This document shows, piece after piece, positions 29,065 through 40,421 of a stretch of DNA of 64,000 bases (its first letter is position 1; each line of letters starts with the position of its first letter). Both the position numbers and the translations under genes were made by a program. The stretch covers positions 2,304,001-2,368,000 of the forward strand of contig OZ244188.1 in NCBI GenBank assembly GCA_965216635.1, given 5' to 3'. The notes under the pieces were generated by a model. It made no database searches. It had not been told where the DNA came from and worked only from the letters and a program-made list of their open reading frames with translations. The DNA comes from a bacterium (GTDB lineage: Bacteria > SAR324 > XYD2-FULL-50-16 > G965216635).

Positions 29065-32000
29065 ATGAAAAAAATTTTTCGTTTTTTTGCAGAAAGACAC
29101 CTTTTGGCAATCATTTTCACAGCTATTATTTTACTTTTGGGAGTCAGAGCTATTAGTGATGTGCAAAGAGAAGAATTGCCGAAGGTTGAGTTTAATGTGA
29201 TGTTTGTTTTTGCAGCTTACCCTAATGCTTCGCCTGAAGATGTGGAAATTAATGTTACCAATAAAATAGAGGACGAATTAAAAGGACTCAACGGTATAGA
29301 TTATTACGAGTCTTTTTCTAATGAAAATTCTTCTCTAGTGTTGATTTTTTTAGAACCAGATTTAACCGATGTAGACACAGTAAAGCAAGATATTCGCGAC
29401 GCCGTATCTCGTGTGTCTGGCTTGCCGAGTGAAGTTGAAAAACCAGTGGCTAAGCAATTTAAAATTTCCGAAGAGGCTATTTTTAAATTTGGTATTTTTG
29501 GCAATCTGCCTTATCAGGAAATTCGTAATCTAGCAGATACATTTGAGGAAAAACTTTTAAAAGTAGACGGAGTTTCTATTATAGAAAAGAATGGTTATTT
29601 GGATAGAGAAATAAAAATAACGGTAAATTCAGAAAAATTATTAAAACACAAAATTGCTTTAAGCAGTATTATTCTAGCGATTCAGGCAAGAAATATTCGC
29701 TCAGCTGCGGGTAATTTAGAATCCTATTCTAACGAAAAAAACATTGTTACTTTGGCTCAATTTCGTAGCCCCAAAGAGGTAGGCAAGGTTGTTTTATCTG
29801 CCAATTTTGAGGGACCTATTGTATTGATAGACGATATTGCTACGATTGAAGACGGCTTTGAAGAGACAGATACTATTTCTCGCTTTAATGGAAAACAGGG
29901 TATTTCTTTTGGTATCAAAAAAAAAGAAACCGCAGATGTAATCCGCACAGTAGATGCTATAAAAAAGACTCTCCAAGAATTAGAAGAAAATCTTCCCCCA
30001 GAAATTTCTCTAGTTCAAATTGAAGATAACTCCGATTTTGTACGAAACCGCCTACAGGTAGTTCTGAAAAATGGCGCTATTGGATTGATCTTAGTGCTGG
30101 TGCTATTGGGACTTTTTATGAATCTTAAATCTGCTTTTTGGGTAGGTTTGAGTATTCCAGTGACTTTACTAGGCACTGTTTTTTTGTTGTATGTAACAGG
30201 GGAAACCATCAATGCTATTGCTTTAGCAGGTATGATTTTGGTTTTAGGGATTGTAGTAGATGATTCCATCATTGTAGCAGAGAATATCTATACTCATAGA
30301 CAAAAAGGTAAACCCGCTACTCAGGCGATTTTGGACGCTTTAAAAGAAGTCTATCCTCCGGTAGTAACCACAATTTTAACCACCCTTCTGGCTTTCGGTG
30401 CTATGTTTTTTATTAGTGGGACTATCGGCAAATTTGTTTATGTAATTCCTTTTGTGGTTACCTGCGCCCTTTTGATTTCTTTATTAGAGGTAACCATCGC
30501 ATTGCCTCCACATGTAGGTAGCGCTATTGGAAAAAAAGAACTCAAACAAAAAAAGTGGGTGCTTTTTTTGGAAAAAAAATTTTATCAATATATTAAATTC
30601 GTTCTTAAAATACGCTACCTCACAGTTTTTATTTTTTTAATGATTTTGGTAGGATCGGGTATATTAGCAGTAAAAAAACTAAAATTTAATCTTTTTCCTT
30701 CTATCAGCTCCAAACAGATTTCAGCTAGTGTCAAGCTACCTTTGGGCAGCTCGATTAAAGCGAGTTCGGATGTTGTAGCCGAAGTAGAAAAAATCATTGC
30801 TAGCCTTCCTAAAAACGAATTACAAACTTTTATTTCTACCATCGGCAAGACGGGGGGAAATTTTGGCTCTTTGAAGAGCAACGAGAGTCAAATTAGAATC
30901 GTGCTTACTCCTGAAACCGAAAGAAAAAGAAGCTCTGCTGAAATAGTTGAAGAACTAGAACAAAAAGTAAAATCTATTCAAGCTGCGGAAAAAATTAGTT
31001 TTAGGGTTGTGAGTGAAGGACCTGGGGGCGTAGAAAGAGATGTTTCTTTAAGGTTGGTAAGCTCTAATAATGCGAAAAAATTAGCTGCTAGCAATCGGCT
31101 AGAAGAAATTTTGAGAGAAATCAAAGGAGTAAAAAATATAGATAGAAACGATAAGGCTGGAAAACCGCAATTAGAAATTAAACTGGACTATTCTAAAATG
31201 GCTCGTTTAGGAATTTCTGTGAGCACGGTTTCAAGAAATTTGCGAATTGCTTTAAATGGAGAAACTGCCACTAGTGTTCGCTACGGAAAGGACGATGTGG
31301 ATTTTAGAGTGATCGTAGAAAAAGGCATTCGTAGCAATTCGCAGTCCTTGAAAAATTTACGCATTCCCAATCTTACGGGACAACTTATTCCTTTATATCA
31401 ATTTGCAAAATTCGTATATGTGGATTCACCCGCTGAATTTTGGCATTATAACGGTGAAAGAGCAACGACTATTTCGGCAGATGTAGATGATAAGGTAACT
31501 ACTTCGGGCGAAGCCAATCAAAAAGCAATAGAAAGTTTGGATATTGCAAAAAATTTTCCTGAAGTAAGGCTAGAGCTTGCGGGCGAAGCCAAAGAAGATA
31601 GAGAGTCTTTAATTAGTCTAGCCAAAACCTTTATAATTGCAATCGCTGCCATATATCTTCTGTTGGTAATTCTTTTTAATTCTTTATTTCAGCCTTTTTT
31701 AGTTTTATTAGCGGTGCCTTTTGGAATTGTAGGAGTCATTGTTGCCTTTTATCTACACAGGATGAATTTGAGTTTTTTGGCTCTTTTGGGAACTATCGGT
31801 ATGGCAGGAGTAGTGATTAACGATTCTTTGGTTTTAGTCAATCATATTAACCAAAAATTAAAGAAAAACTCCGAAGAAAATATTTTAAAAACAGTTGCTA
31901 TAGGTACTAAAGAAAGGTTTAGAGCAGTAATTTTAACTACGCTTACAACAGTAGCGGGGTTACTACCTCTGGCTTATGGACTGGGCGGAAGTGATGAATT

Positions 32001-32178
32001 TTTGAAACCGATGACTCTATCAATGGGTTATGGATTGCTCTTTGCGACCTTTATTACTTTAGGGCTACTCCCGTGTATGTATAGTATAGGAGCAGATATA
32101 AAGAATTTTCTAACAAAAGTAAAGAGTTTTTTGCTGAATAGTTTTGTTTTTCTTTATTCCAAAAAATCTAAAAAATAG
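29065..32178 (+). CDS. RND efflux transporter permease (AcrB/AcrD/AcrF family)
   Basis: YPNASPEDVE, GIVVDDSIIVAENI, RFRAVILTTLTT; 1037 aa. Confidence 0.95.
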   Translation: MKKIFRFFAERHLLAIIFTAIILLLGVRAISDVQREELPKVEFNVMFVFAAYPNASPEDVEINVTNKIEDELKGLNGIDYYESFSNENSSLVLIFLEPDLTDVDTVKQDIRDAVSRVSGLPSEVEKPVAKQFKISEEAIFKFGIFGNLPYQEIRNLADTFEEKLLKVDGVSIIEKNGYLDREIKITVNSEKLLKHKIALSSIILAIQARNIRSAAGNLESYSNEKNIVTLAQFRSPKEVGKVVLSANFEGPIVLIDDIATIEDGFEETDTISRFNGKQGISFGIKKKETADVIRTVDAIKKTLQELEENLPPEISLVQIEDNSDFVRNRLQVVLKNGAIGLILVLVLLGLFMNLKSAFWVGLSIPVTLLGTVFLLYVTGETINAIALAGMILVLGIVVDDSIIVAENIYTHRQKGKPATQAILDALKEVYPPVVTTILTTLLAFGAMFFISGTIGKFVYVIPFVVTCALLISLLEVTIALPPHVGSAIGKKELKQKKWVLFLEKKFYQYIKFVLKIRYLTVFIFLMILVGSGILAVKKLKFNLFPSISSKQISASVKLPLGSSIKASSDVVAEVEKIIASLPKNELQTFISTIGKTGGNFGSLKSNESQIRIVLTPETERKRSSAEIVEELEQKVKSIQAAEKISFRVVSEGPGGVERDVSLRLVSSNNAKKLAASNRLEEILREIKGVKNIDRNDKAGKPQLEIKLDYSKMARLGISVSTVSRNLRIALNGETATSVRYGKDDVDFRVIVEKGIRSNSQSLKNLRIPNLTGQLIPLYQFAKFVYVDSPAEFWHYNGERATTISADVDDKVTTSGEANQKAIESLDIAKNFPEVRLELAGEAKEDRESLISLAKTFIIAIAAIYLLLVILFNSLFQPFLVLLAVPFGIVGVIVAFYLHRMNLSFLALLGTIGMAGVVINDSLVLVNHINQKLKKNSEENILKTVAIGTKERFRAVILTTLTTVAGLLPLAYGLGGSDEFLKPMTLSMGYGLLFATFITLGLLPCMYSIGADIKNFLTKVKSFLLNSFVFLYSKKSKK

Positions 32179-32204
32179 ATTATTTTATTTTTTTAATTTT
32201 TTAC

Positions 32205-32233
32205 TTGACAGTTTTACTAATTATTATTAGTTT
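32205..32233 (+). promoter_or_regulatory. Putative sigma70 promoter of the methylamine cluster
   Basis: TTGACA-N17-TAGTTT. Confidence 0.5.
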
Positions 32234-32308
32234 GTCCTAGAATATAATTTGTAAAAAAATTAATTCTTATATAAAAACAACGTAATCAACATAACTCTTA
32301 TAAAAGAA

Positions 32309-33643
32309 ATGCAATCAACAAAGTATTTAATCATAGGTGCAGGTATTCACGGACTGAGCACCGCTTATCATTTAGCCAAACAATTAAAACAAACAAATAA
32401 GGGTAGTGGCACAGATATACTCGTTATTGATAAAAAAGCTATAGGAGCAGGTGCTTCAGGGATTGCTTGCGGGGTTGTGCGTAATAATTATTCCCAAAGT
32501 CCTATGCGTAAATTGATGCAGCATAGTGTGAATGTATGGGAAGAAGATCCTCAAGCCTACAGTTATCATCCCGTAGGCTATATGCAGGTAAATACAGAAT
32601 TTATGGTGGGAAATACAACTAGAATAGCCCAAGAACAAAAAGATATTGGCTATGAGTCTGAGTTTATTCAGGGAGAAAAGGACTGCGATAAATATATGAA
32701 AAATTTTTTTGATGATTGGCAAGCGAAAGATATTGCTTCTATTCTGCACGAAAAAAAAGGAGGCTATGCTAATAATATGAAATCTTTGGAAGGTTTAGCG
32801 AACAAAGCAAAAGCAGAAGGAGTGAAGTTTTTAGAGGGAGTGGAAGTCACAGGCTTTACAATGTCTTCTTCTGGAAAACAGATTGATGCGGCTAAAACCA
32901 ATAAAGGTGAGATTGAGTGCGAGTTCATTGTGCTTGCCCCAGGGCCTTGGGCTGGTGCTTTTTGGGATATGCTCTCTTTACCCAAAAAGATAGAAATCAA
33001 TTATAAAGGAAAACAAACCAACGATGTCCAAATGTGGACTTACTGGTGTCTACAAGAAGGAACACTAGGCATTCCTCCAGATAATTTCAAAATGAACGAC
33101 GGAGGCGATCCTCCCGTAATTCATGTAGATTCTGACAACCCTCTTTATTCCTTAAAAGATCCTACTAAACTTTGCGCAGATGTATGGGGAATTTATTACA
33201 AACCAGATTTTTGCTTTCACGGGCTACAAGGCGGAGCTATGCCTTATATTATTGATAAAAACCCAGAAGATGTGGTTGTAGACCCTTACGGTACAGAATC
33301 TCCAGAATATACAGTACAACCGAGTTTTGTAGAACTTTGGTTAGCGGCTCTTGCTCACTGCCATAAAAGATTTGAAAACGTGTCTCACCTTTACAAAGAT
33401 GAACCTTCAGGGGGAATTGGAGCTTTTACTCCCGATAATTTTCCCGTATTCGATATTTTCAAGAATAACTGTTATTTTTTGGCTGATTCCAATCACGGCT
33501 ATAAGATGATTGGAATAGGCAAGCTGGTTGCGGAAGAAATTACTACTGGAAATAAATCTGAATTGCTAGAACCTTTTAGATTTTCAAGGTATAAAGAAGG
33601 AAAACTAATGCCTACTTCTAATAGTCCTTTTCCTTGGTCTTAA
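32309..33643 (+). CDS. FAD-dependent oxidoreductase (DAO family), probable N-methylglutamate dehydrogenase-type subunit
   Basis: IIGAGIHGLSTAYHLA, GASGIACG, DSNHGYKM; pathway context. Confidence 0.8.
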   Translation: MQSTKYLIIGAGIHGLSTAYHLAKQLKQTNKGSGTDILVIDKKAIGAGASGIACGVVRNNYSQSPMRKLMQHSVNVWEEDPQAYSYHPVGYMQVNTEFMVGNTTRIAQEQKDIGYESEFIQGEKDCDKYMKNFFDDWQAKDIASILHEKKGGYANNMKSLEGLANKAKAEGVKFLEGVEVTGFTMSSSGKQIDAAKTNKGEIECEFIVLAPGPWAGAFWDMLSLPKKIEINYKGKQTNDVQMWTYWCLQEGTLGIPPDNFKMNDGGDPPVIHVDSDNPLYSLKDPTKLCADVWGIYYKPDFCFHGLQGGAMPYIIDKNPEDVVVDPYGTESPEYTVQPSFVELWLAALAHCHKRFENVSHLYKDEPSGGIGAFTPDNFPVFDIFKNNCYFLADSNHGYKMIGIGKLVAEEITTGNKSELLEPFRFSRYKEGKLMPTSNSPFPWS

Positions 33644-33661
33644 ATTTTTAAGACTGAAAGA

Positions 33662-34057
33662 ATGGAAAAAAAAGGTTCGTGTTTGTGTGGTGAAATATCT
33701 TATTCTGTGAAAGGGAAGATGAGAGATGTGATCTATTGCCATTGCAACCAATGTTTAAAATCACACGGGATTTATGCTGCCTATACGAATGTGAAAAAGG
33801 AGCAAATTACTATTGATAATCCCGAGAAGGTTATTTGGTATCAATCTTCTGATAAAGCCAAAAGAGGTTTTTGTGGTGTTTGTGGAAGTAGTTTGTTTTG
33901 GTGCTTGTTAGATGGAAATACAATTTCCATAGCTGCGGGTAGTCTTGAACAACCTACTGGATTGAAGGCTAGTGCGAATATTTTTACCCAAAATGCTGGA
34001 GATTATTACAAGATAGATGAAAGTTTGAATTGTTACCCTCAATCTGCTAATAGATAA
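33662..34057 (+). CDS. GFA family (glutathione-dependent formaldehyde-activating enzyme-like) protein
   Basis: GSCLCG, CHCNQC, RGFCGVCGSSL. Confidence 0.92.
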   Translation: MEKKGSCLCGEISYSVKGKMRDVIYCHCNQCLKSHGIYAAYTNVKKEQITIDNPEKVIWYQSSDKAKRGFCGVCGSSLFWCLLDGNTISIAAGSLEQPTGLKASANIFTQNAGDYYKIDESLNCYPQSANR

Positions 34058-34134
34058 TTTTTTTTTAATAAACTTATGCTCTAGATTTATTTTAGTGCGA
34101 TAGTTTAAATTTTGACCTTAATTAAAGAAAAACC

Positions 34135-35598
34135 ATGGATATTGAAGCTTTTGTTAACCAGAGTGGAAGAGCAGAAAGAGTAAAGGAAGTTAGAGCGAAA
34201 ATCAAAGAACTAGATATTCGGTATATCTATTATCAATTTATTTCTGTAACTGGTCGGATTGTAGGTAAAGGCGTTCCAGCCGATCACTGGGAGAAACTAG
34301 CAGCGTCTGGTTTTCAACTAGTTTATGGCTCTACTGCCAATTTATACACAGATAGACACGATAACTATATTGGATATGGACCCGAAGAAGCGGAGTTAGT
34401 AGGTATTCCAGAACCTGAAACATTTTGTCAACTGCCTTGGGATAAAAGGATAGCTAGAGTGTTTTGCACCTGTTTTCGTAACCGTGAAGAAAAAAAGAAT
34501 CCAGGAGCCTACTTAACTTCGGATTGTCGTGCCAATTTAAGATTGATTCACAAAGAATTTCAAGCAAAGCACGGTATGGAACTAAGGGCTGGGACAGAAC
34601 CTGAGATGATGTGGCTTACTAGAGACGAAAATGGCAAAGCATCTACAGGGGTTACAAAACCTAATTGTTACCATATTGATCAATTTGAAGAATTAAGACC
34701 TGTTTTTATGAAGGTTATAGAATATAGCAGGGCTATGGGTTTAGATATTATTCAAGGAGATCACGAAGACGCCCCTGGTCAATTAGAATTGAATTTTAAT
34801 TACGATGAAGTTTTAAGAAACGCAGACCGTCTATCTACCTATAGACAAATTTGCGCCCAAGTGGCTCGAGAAAATAATCTGATAGCCTGTTTTATGTCTA
34901 AGCCTTTTGCGGGTGTATCTGCTTCTGGTTGTCACCACAATCTTTCTTTGTGGAAAAACGGCAAAGATGTAGTTAATATGCTTGGCAATGATACATTACC
35001 GGGTCTGGATGGCTCTTTTTCTTATCGCAAAGGTGGTGAAAATTTATTTATGCCTCCTTCTAAAGATTCTAATAAACCAAGTCAGATGGGTCTAAATTGT
35101 ATTGGAGGCATTGTAAAACATTTACCAGCCTTGACGGCTTTAGGCTGTCCTACTGTCAATTCTTATCGTAGACTTTGGGATACTGGTTTTTGGGCTCCTA
35201 TTTTTTCAGACTGGGGTTATCAAAATAGAACTTGCGGTTTGCGAGTATCAGCACCCGGAAGATTTGAATATCGTGCTGTAGATTCTTTTGTAAATCCATA
35301 CCTCATGGGAGGTGCTATCTTAAAAGCCTTTGAATCTGGTATTGCAAATAATATAGACCCAGGCGAAGCAGAAGAAAGAAATATCTACGAGGCAATAGAA
35401 GCAGGTAAAGAAGTGAAAAAATTACCTATGTCACTCGGAGAGGCTTTAATAGAATTAGAAAAAGATAAGAATATTAATTCTGCTTTACCAGGTGATATGT
35501 ATAAAGTCTTTATGCAATATAAGAAAAATGAATGGGAGACTTTTATGCACACAGTGACAGATTGGGACTTAGAAACTTATATAGACTACTTACCTTAA
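34135..35598 (+). CDS. Glutamine synthetase-like enzyme, probable gamma-glutamylmethylamide synthetase
   Basis: GTEPE, DHEDAPGQLE, FMSKP, SGCHHNLS, RFEYR; next to mgsABC-like genes. Confidence 0.8.
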   Translation: MDIEAFVNQSGRAERVKEVRAKIKELDIRYIYYQFISVTGRIVGKGVPADHWEKLAASGFQLVYGSTANLYTDRHDNYIGYGPEEAELVGIPEPETFCQLPWDKRIARVFCTCFRNREEKKNPGAYLTSDCRANLRLIHKEFQAKHGMELRAGTEPEMMWLTRDENGKASTGVTKPNCYHIDQFEELRPVFMKVIEYSRAMGLDIIQGDHEDAPGQLELNFNYDEVLRNADRLSTYRQICAQVARENNLIACFMSKPFAGVSASGCHHNLSLWKNGKDVVNMLGNDTLPGLDGSFSYRKGGENLFMPPSKDSNKPSQMGLNCIGGIVKHLPALTALGCPTVNSYRRLWDTGFWAPIFSDWGYQNRTCGLRVSAPGRFEYRAVDSFVNPYLMGGAILKAFESGIANNIDPGEAEERNIYEAIEAGKEVKKLPMSLGEALIELEKDKNINSALPGDMYKVFMQYKKNEWETFMHTVTDWDLETYIDYLP

Positions 35599-35668
35599 AT
35601 ATCAGTATTATTTCAACTCAAACAATCATTGCCTAGTTTTGTATTTTGCTGAACTAGGTTGATTTACT

Positions 35669-36073
35669 ATGAACGAACAAAAAAATAGTGATTGGGTGAG
35701 TTGGTTTAATGTGATTTTGAGTGTAGTTAATGTCACTGCTTTGCTTATTTGGTTCTTTGCTTATGTAAAAATAGAAAAGCCTGAAAGAACTTATGATATA
35801 TTCTTGGGCATATTTGGTGGATTGGCTTTAATGATCACTATTTTAGCTTTAGGCATTGCTATTCTATCTTTTGTTGGCTATCGTAATATTCAAAGAATAG
35901 TTGAAGAAAAGTTGGATTCAGATTTGCGGAATCAAATTATCACAGATAAAAGCATCAAAAAATGGGTAAGAGATTTGATTAAAGAAGAAATTAAAGAGGA
36001 AAGAGAAGAAAATATCAGCACTGAAGAACCGATTAAACTTAAAAAAAACAACGAACTAATAACAATAAAATGA
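35669..36073 (+). CDS. Two-TM membrane protein with charged C-terminal tail; paralog of 63160-63537
   Basis: Hydrophobic helices; ATGA-like 4-bp overlap with the downstream peptidase gene. Confidence 0.75.
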   Translation: MNEQKNSDWVSWFNVILSVVNVTALLIWFFAYVKIEKPERTYDIFLGIFGGLALMITILALGIAILSFVGYRNIQRIVEEKLDSDLRNQIITDKSIKKWVRDLIKEEIKEEREENISTEEPIKLKKNNELITIK

Positions 36074-36564
36074 AAAAAAAAGATATTATGAATGAGAACA
36101 TTCAGATTCTAGAAAAACATCAAACAATACCAGTAGATATAATAAAGTTATCAAAAGAATTAGGGATAAGACTTTTCGGAAATACAGAATGGGCAGATAA
36201 TATTTCAGGAGCTATAGCTAAAGACCCTGATAGTGAAAGTGGATATTCAATTTATGTTAATATAAACCACCACCCTAATAGACAGAGATTTACTATTGCA
36301 CACGAGATAGCTCATTATATTTTTCATAAAGAACAAATAGGAGATGGAATACGAGAAGATATACTTTTTAGGAGTAGTTTGTCTAATGATCTAGAAAAAG
36401 AAGCCAATTCTTGGGCATCTGAAATTCTTATGCCAGACCATTTGTTAAAAAAAGAAGAAGAAAAAGATATAGAAAAACTTGCAAAAAAATTTGAAGTTTC
36501 AACACAAGCTATGGCAATAAAAATGGGACTAGCTTCAGGCATTCCTTACGATTACAAAAGATAA
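36070..36564 (+). CDS. ImmA/IrrE family zinc metallopeptidase (DUF955)
   Basis: RQRFTIAHEIAH, EKEANSWASEILMP, LAKKFEVS. Confidence 0.93.
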   Translation: MKKKDIMNENIQILEKHQTIPVDIIKLSKELGIRLFGNTEWADNISGAIAKDPDSESGYSIYVNINHHPNRQRFTIAHEIAHYIFHKEQIGDGIREDILFRSSLSNDLEKEANSWASEILMPDHLLKKEEEKDIEKLAKKFEVSTQAMAIKMGLASGIPYDYKR

Positions 36565-36629
36565 AAGTTTAGTTTATATTCAAAAAAATCATCTAAATTT
36601 TTTTTATTAACCTTAAATTATAAAAAACT

Positions 36630-37568
36630 ATGTGCGGAATAGCTGGATTAATCCATAAAAACGGAAATAAAGATGTTGGAACTGAAATGACAGCAATGCT
36701 TGCTTCTATGGAGCATCGGGGACCTGATTCTACTGGTTTTGCTCTTTATGGTAAACCCAACGAAGGACAATTTGTGCTTCGCTACAAAACTGCTGAACAG
36801 CAGGAGACTACTAGTGGGTTTGATATTGTAGATAAATTGAAAAGTAGAAAAGAAAAAATCGCAAACCGATTAGGAAAAATGAATGCAAAAATTCACTCTC
36901 AAGAAGATGTTACAGATTATGCTGGAAAATGTATTTTTTCTTTTGATGGTGATTTAAAAAGATTGGTTGACTACTTAGAAGATATAGAGCAAGTAGAAAT
37001 ACTTTCTATTGGAAGATCATTAGAACTTATCAAAGATTTAGGTAATGCTGACCGCGTTGCTGAAAGATATTCTTTGAATGGTTTTATGGGAAGCCACGCC
37101 ATAGGACATACCCGAATGGCAACAGAATCCGATGTAGATATTCGTTCTGCCCATCCTTATTGGGCTTATCCGTTTAAAGATATTGCAGTTGTGCATAATG
37201 GACAGTTAACAAACTATTGGAGTATGCGAAGACAATTGGAAAGATTAGGGCATAGATTTACTTCTAATTGTGACTCTGAAATGATTGCTGTCTACATAGC
37301 AGATAAATTAAACAAAGGAATGGAATTAGAAGAAGTTTTACAAGATTCCGTGAAAGAGCTAGATGGCGTTTTTACTTATTTAGTAACGACTGAAGATGAA
37401 CTCGGAGTAGCTAAAGACGAAATGGCGGCTAAACCTTTGGTGCTAATGGAAACCGATGATTTGATTGCAATGGCTTCAGAAGAAATAGCTATAGTTAGTG
37501 CAGTTGGAAAAGAAATTGATTCTTATGATCCTTATGAAGGGACAGTGAAAGTATGGAAAAAAAACTAA
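36630..37568 (+). CDS. Class II glutamine amidotransferase, N-methylglutamate synthase subunit A-like
   Basis: MCGIAG, HRGPDSTG, GHTRMATES, VHNG. Confidence 0.88.
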   Translation: MCGIAGLIHKNGNKDVGTEMTAMLASMEHRGPDSTGFALYGKPNEGQFVLRYKTAEQQETTSGFDIVDKLKSRKEKIANRLGKMNAKIHSQEDVTDYAGKCIFSFDGDLKRLVDYLEDIEQVEILSIGRSLELIKDLGNADRVAERYSLNGFMGSHAIGHTRMATESDVDIRSAHPYWAYPFKDIAVVHNGQLTNYWSMRRQLERLGHRFTSNCDSEMIAVYIADKLNKGMELEEVLQDSVKELDGVFTYLVTTEDELGVAKDEMAAKPLVLMETDDLIAMASEEIAIVSAVGKEIDSYDPYEGTVKVWKKN

Positions 37569-37694
37569 TCATTGACATTCTGTTTAGACTATGCAGCGGT
37601 TAAAAAAAATTTTGCCTCTTGAAATATTACATATATTTCTACGAGACAAAAATTTTTTTCGCCTTGCCTAGGTGTTACATAATGCCAATGGATA

Positions 37695-37860
37695 TATACT
37701 TTTGAATTTGCATTCTGTTTAGCCTATGCAGCGTTGAAAAATTTTTTTAACTCTTGAAATACTTCAGTATTCCTACGAGCTAAAAAAAATTTTCGCACCT
37801 GCTTTAACCATTTGGCTAGCCCCAATAGTGGGATAAGCATCAGCGAAATTCAAAGGTATA
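37695..37860. repeat. MITE-like element, preceded by a degenerate copy at about 37572-37680
   Basis: TATACTTTTGAATT...AATTCAAAGGTATA; inverse of 43794-43975. Confidence 0.85.
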
Positions 37861-37881
37861 TAATTAACAATAAAATTAAAA

Positions 37882-38691
37882 ATGGACTTACATTCGGAAA
37901 AATTAGCTGGTAGAACTCAGCAGGTTTATTTTTCACCAGAAGAGGCAGAAAATTATACCTATTCTTTTGCACAAGATGTGGATTTTGATAAAACCACAGA
38001 AATCGACGTAGGAAATATTAGTAGTACAAAAGTCAATTCGCAAATTCTAGCAAAAATGAAAGAAGGTTATGGAAACATTACTCTCCTAAACCCAGGCTCT
38101 AAGCATTGTCTGATTGTGGGCATTCTTAACCGTTTAAAAGTCACTGTGAAAGGAAGCCTTGGTTATTTCGGTTGCGGAGTAATTGATGGACCCAACATTC
38201 ATATTGAAGGTAGAGTTGGTTGGTCTTGCGGAGAAAATATGATGTCTGGTACTATCTTAATTGAAAAAAATGCAGGCTCTGTTTTTGGAGCAGCCATCCG
38301 CGGTGGTGATCTTGTTTGCAAAGGAGATGTCGGAGGTAGAACAGGTATTGATCAAAAAGGAGGCTCCATTATTATTGGTGGAAGCTCTGGTGCTTTCACT
38401 GGTTTTATGATGCAGCGAGGCAGAATTGTTATTTGCGGAGATGCAGGGAAAAATTTAGGAGATTCTATGTATGACGGGACTATCTATGTTGGTGGTAAAA
38501 TTGCGGATTTGGGAGTTGATGCTGTAGAAGGAGAAATGAACGATGTTGAAAGGACATGGCTCAAAAGGAAACTCAATCAATACGGCATTCAGCCTCAAAA
38601 ACCTGTAGAAAATTTCACAAAGATAGTCTCTGGTAAAAAACTGTGGAGTTATGATAAGTTGGAGCCGGCAGAAAAGAAACTTATTTTATAA
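37882..38691 (+). CDS. GXGXG beta-helix protein, N-methylglutamate synthase subunit B-like
   Basis: Gly-rich repeats, GENMMSG, GFMMQRG, GDSMYDG. Confidence 0.88.
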   Translation: MDLHSEKLAGRTQQVYFSPEEAENYTYSFAQDVDFDKTTEIDVGNISSTKVNSQILAKMKEGYGNITLLNPGSKHCLIVGILNRLKVTVKGSLGYFGCGVIDGPNIHIEGRVGWSCGENMMSGTILIEKNAGSVFGAAIRGGDLVCKGDVGGRTGIDQKGGSIIIGGSSGAFTGFMMQRGRIVICGDAGKNLGDSMYDGTIYVGGKIADLGVDAVEGEMNDVERTWLKRKLNQYGIQPQKPVENFTKIVSGKKLWSYDKLEPAEKKLIL

Positions 38692-38876
38692 CAGATTTAG
38701 ATAGTTCTAACGGATTAAAAATCAATTTGAATGAGACCATAAAAAAGTAATTGAGAAAACAGTTTGTAGTTGTTAGAGTTTTTGTTGATTGAAATAGATA
38801 TTTTCGGTTTTTCTTATTTTAAATAGTATTTAAAATAAGATTTTTCTTAATAATACCAATTAAAATAAAAGTTACT

Positions 38877-40373
38877 ATGACAGTTAAAAAACTTAACTTT
38901 AAAAACCAATATGAAAATTATATTGGTGGAGAATGGTTAGCTCCTGTTGACGGCGAGTACTTTGATGATATTTCATCTATTGATAATAGTGTACTTACAA
39001 GAGTGCCTAAGTCTAACAGTAAGGATATTAATTTAGCTATTCAAGCAGGACAGAAAGCATTTGTGGACTGGGGAAAAACATCAGCCACTGAACGAAGTAA
39101 TATTCTGTTTAAAATTGCTGCTCGGATTGAAGAAAATATAGAAGAATTAGCTAAACTTGAAACATGGGAAAATGGGAAGGCATATAGAGAAACATTTAAT
39201 GTGGATTTACCTTTGGTTGTAGATCATTTTCGCTATTTTGGTGGTGTTATTAGATCCGAATCCGGGGAAATAACCGATATTGACGCGAACACGGTTTCTA
39301 TGGAAGTCCATGAACCATTAGGTGTTGTAGGACAGATTATTCCTTGGAATTTTCCAATTCTCATGGCGACATGGAAAATTGCCCCAGCGTTAGCGGCAGG
39401 TAATTGTATTGTGCTGAAACCAGCAGAACAAACACCTGCATCTATTCTTATAGTCGCAGAATTGATTTCGGATTTACTACCCGCAGGTGTATTAAATATT
39501 GTTAGCGGTTTTGGTCCAGAAGCAGGTAAACCATTAGCTACTCATCCAGATATTAAAAAAGTGGCGTTTACTGGTGAAACCACTACTGGAAGGTTGATTT
39601 TACAATACGCTTCTGAAAATATCACCCCTGTGAGTTTGGAACTAGGCGGGAAGTCACCAAATGTTTTTCTAGAAAGTGTAATGGCGGAAGATGATAACTT
39701 CTTAGATAAAGCCATTGAAGGTTTTGTGATGTTTGCTGTAAATCAAGGTGAGGTTTGTACTTGTCCATCTCGTGCTTTAATTCAAGAAAGTATTTATGAT
39801 AAGTTTATGGAACGCTGTTTAAAACGTGTTGAAGCTATTAAAATGGGAGACCCACTGGATAGTGCTACCATGATGGGAGCACAGGTATCCAATGATCAAT
39901 ATGAAAAAATCCTTAACTATATTGATATTGGCAAACAGGAAGGTGCAGAAGTGCTAGTTGGAGGTGAAGCCTATAAAAACGAAATCTACCCTAATGGTCA
40001 TTATATTCAACCAACTGTATTTAAAGGACACAATAAGATGCGTGTCTTCCAAGAGGAAATATTTGGCCCTGTAGTGAGTGTTACAACCTTTAAAGATGAA
40101 GCCGAAGCATTGGAAATTGCTAATGATACTTTATATGGTTTAGGGGCTGGTGTTTGGACACGGGATTTACATCAAATGCAAAATGTTTCTCGAAATATTG
40201 CAGCAGGTCGTATTTGGTGTAATTGTTACCATGCTTATCCAGCGCATGCTTCTTTTGGTGGGTATAAAAAATCAGGTATTGGACGAGAAACCCATAAAAT
40301 GATGCTAGATCATTATCGTCATACTAAGAATGTGCTTTTATCTTACGATAAAAACGCATTAGGATTCTTTTAG
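38877..40373 (+). CDS. NAD-dependent aldehyde dehydrogenase (AldB/ExaC type)
   Basis: [47 protein letters not shown]. Confidence 0.95.
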   Translation: MTVKKLNFKNQYENYIGGEWLAPVDGEYFDDISSIDNSVLTRVPKSNSKDINLAIQAGQKAFVDWGKTSATERSNILFKIAARIEENIEELAKLETWENGKAYRETFNVDLPLVVDHFRYFGGVIRSESGEITDIDANTVSMEVHEPLGVVGQIIPWNFPILMATWKIAPALAAGNCIVLKPAEQTPASILIVAELISDLLPAGVLNIVSGFGPEAGKPLATHPDIKKVAFTGETTTGRLILQYASENITPVSLELGGKSPNVFLESVMAEDDNFLDKAIEGFVMFAVNQGEVCTCPSRALIQESIYDKFMERCLKRVEAIKMGDPLDSATMMGAQVSNDQYEKILNYIDIGKQEGAEVLVGGEAYKNEIYPNGHYIQPTVFKGHNKMRVFQEEIFGPVVSVTTFKDEAEALEIANDTLYGLGAGVWTRDLHQMQNVSRNIAAGRIWCNCYHAYPAHASFGGYKKSGIGRETHKMMLDHYRHTKNVLLSYDKNALGFF

Positions 40374-40421
40374 TTTTTAAACTAGACAGTTTTATTAAAA
40401 ACTGTCTAGGTTCACTGGAAT

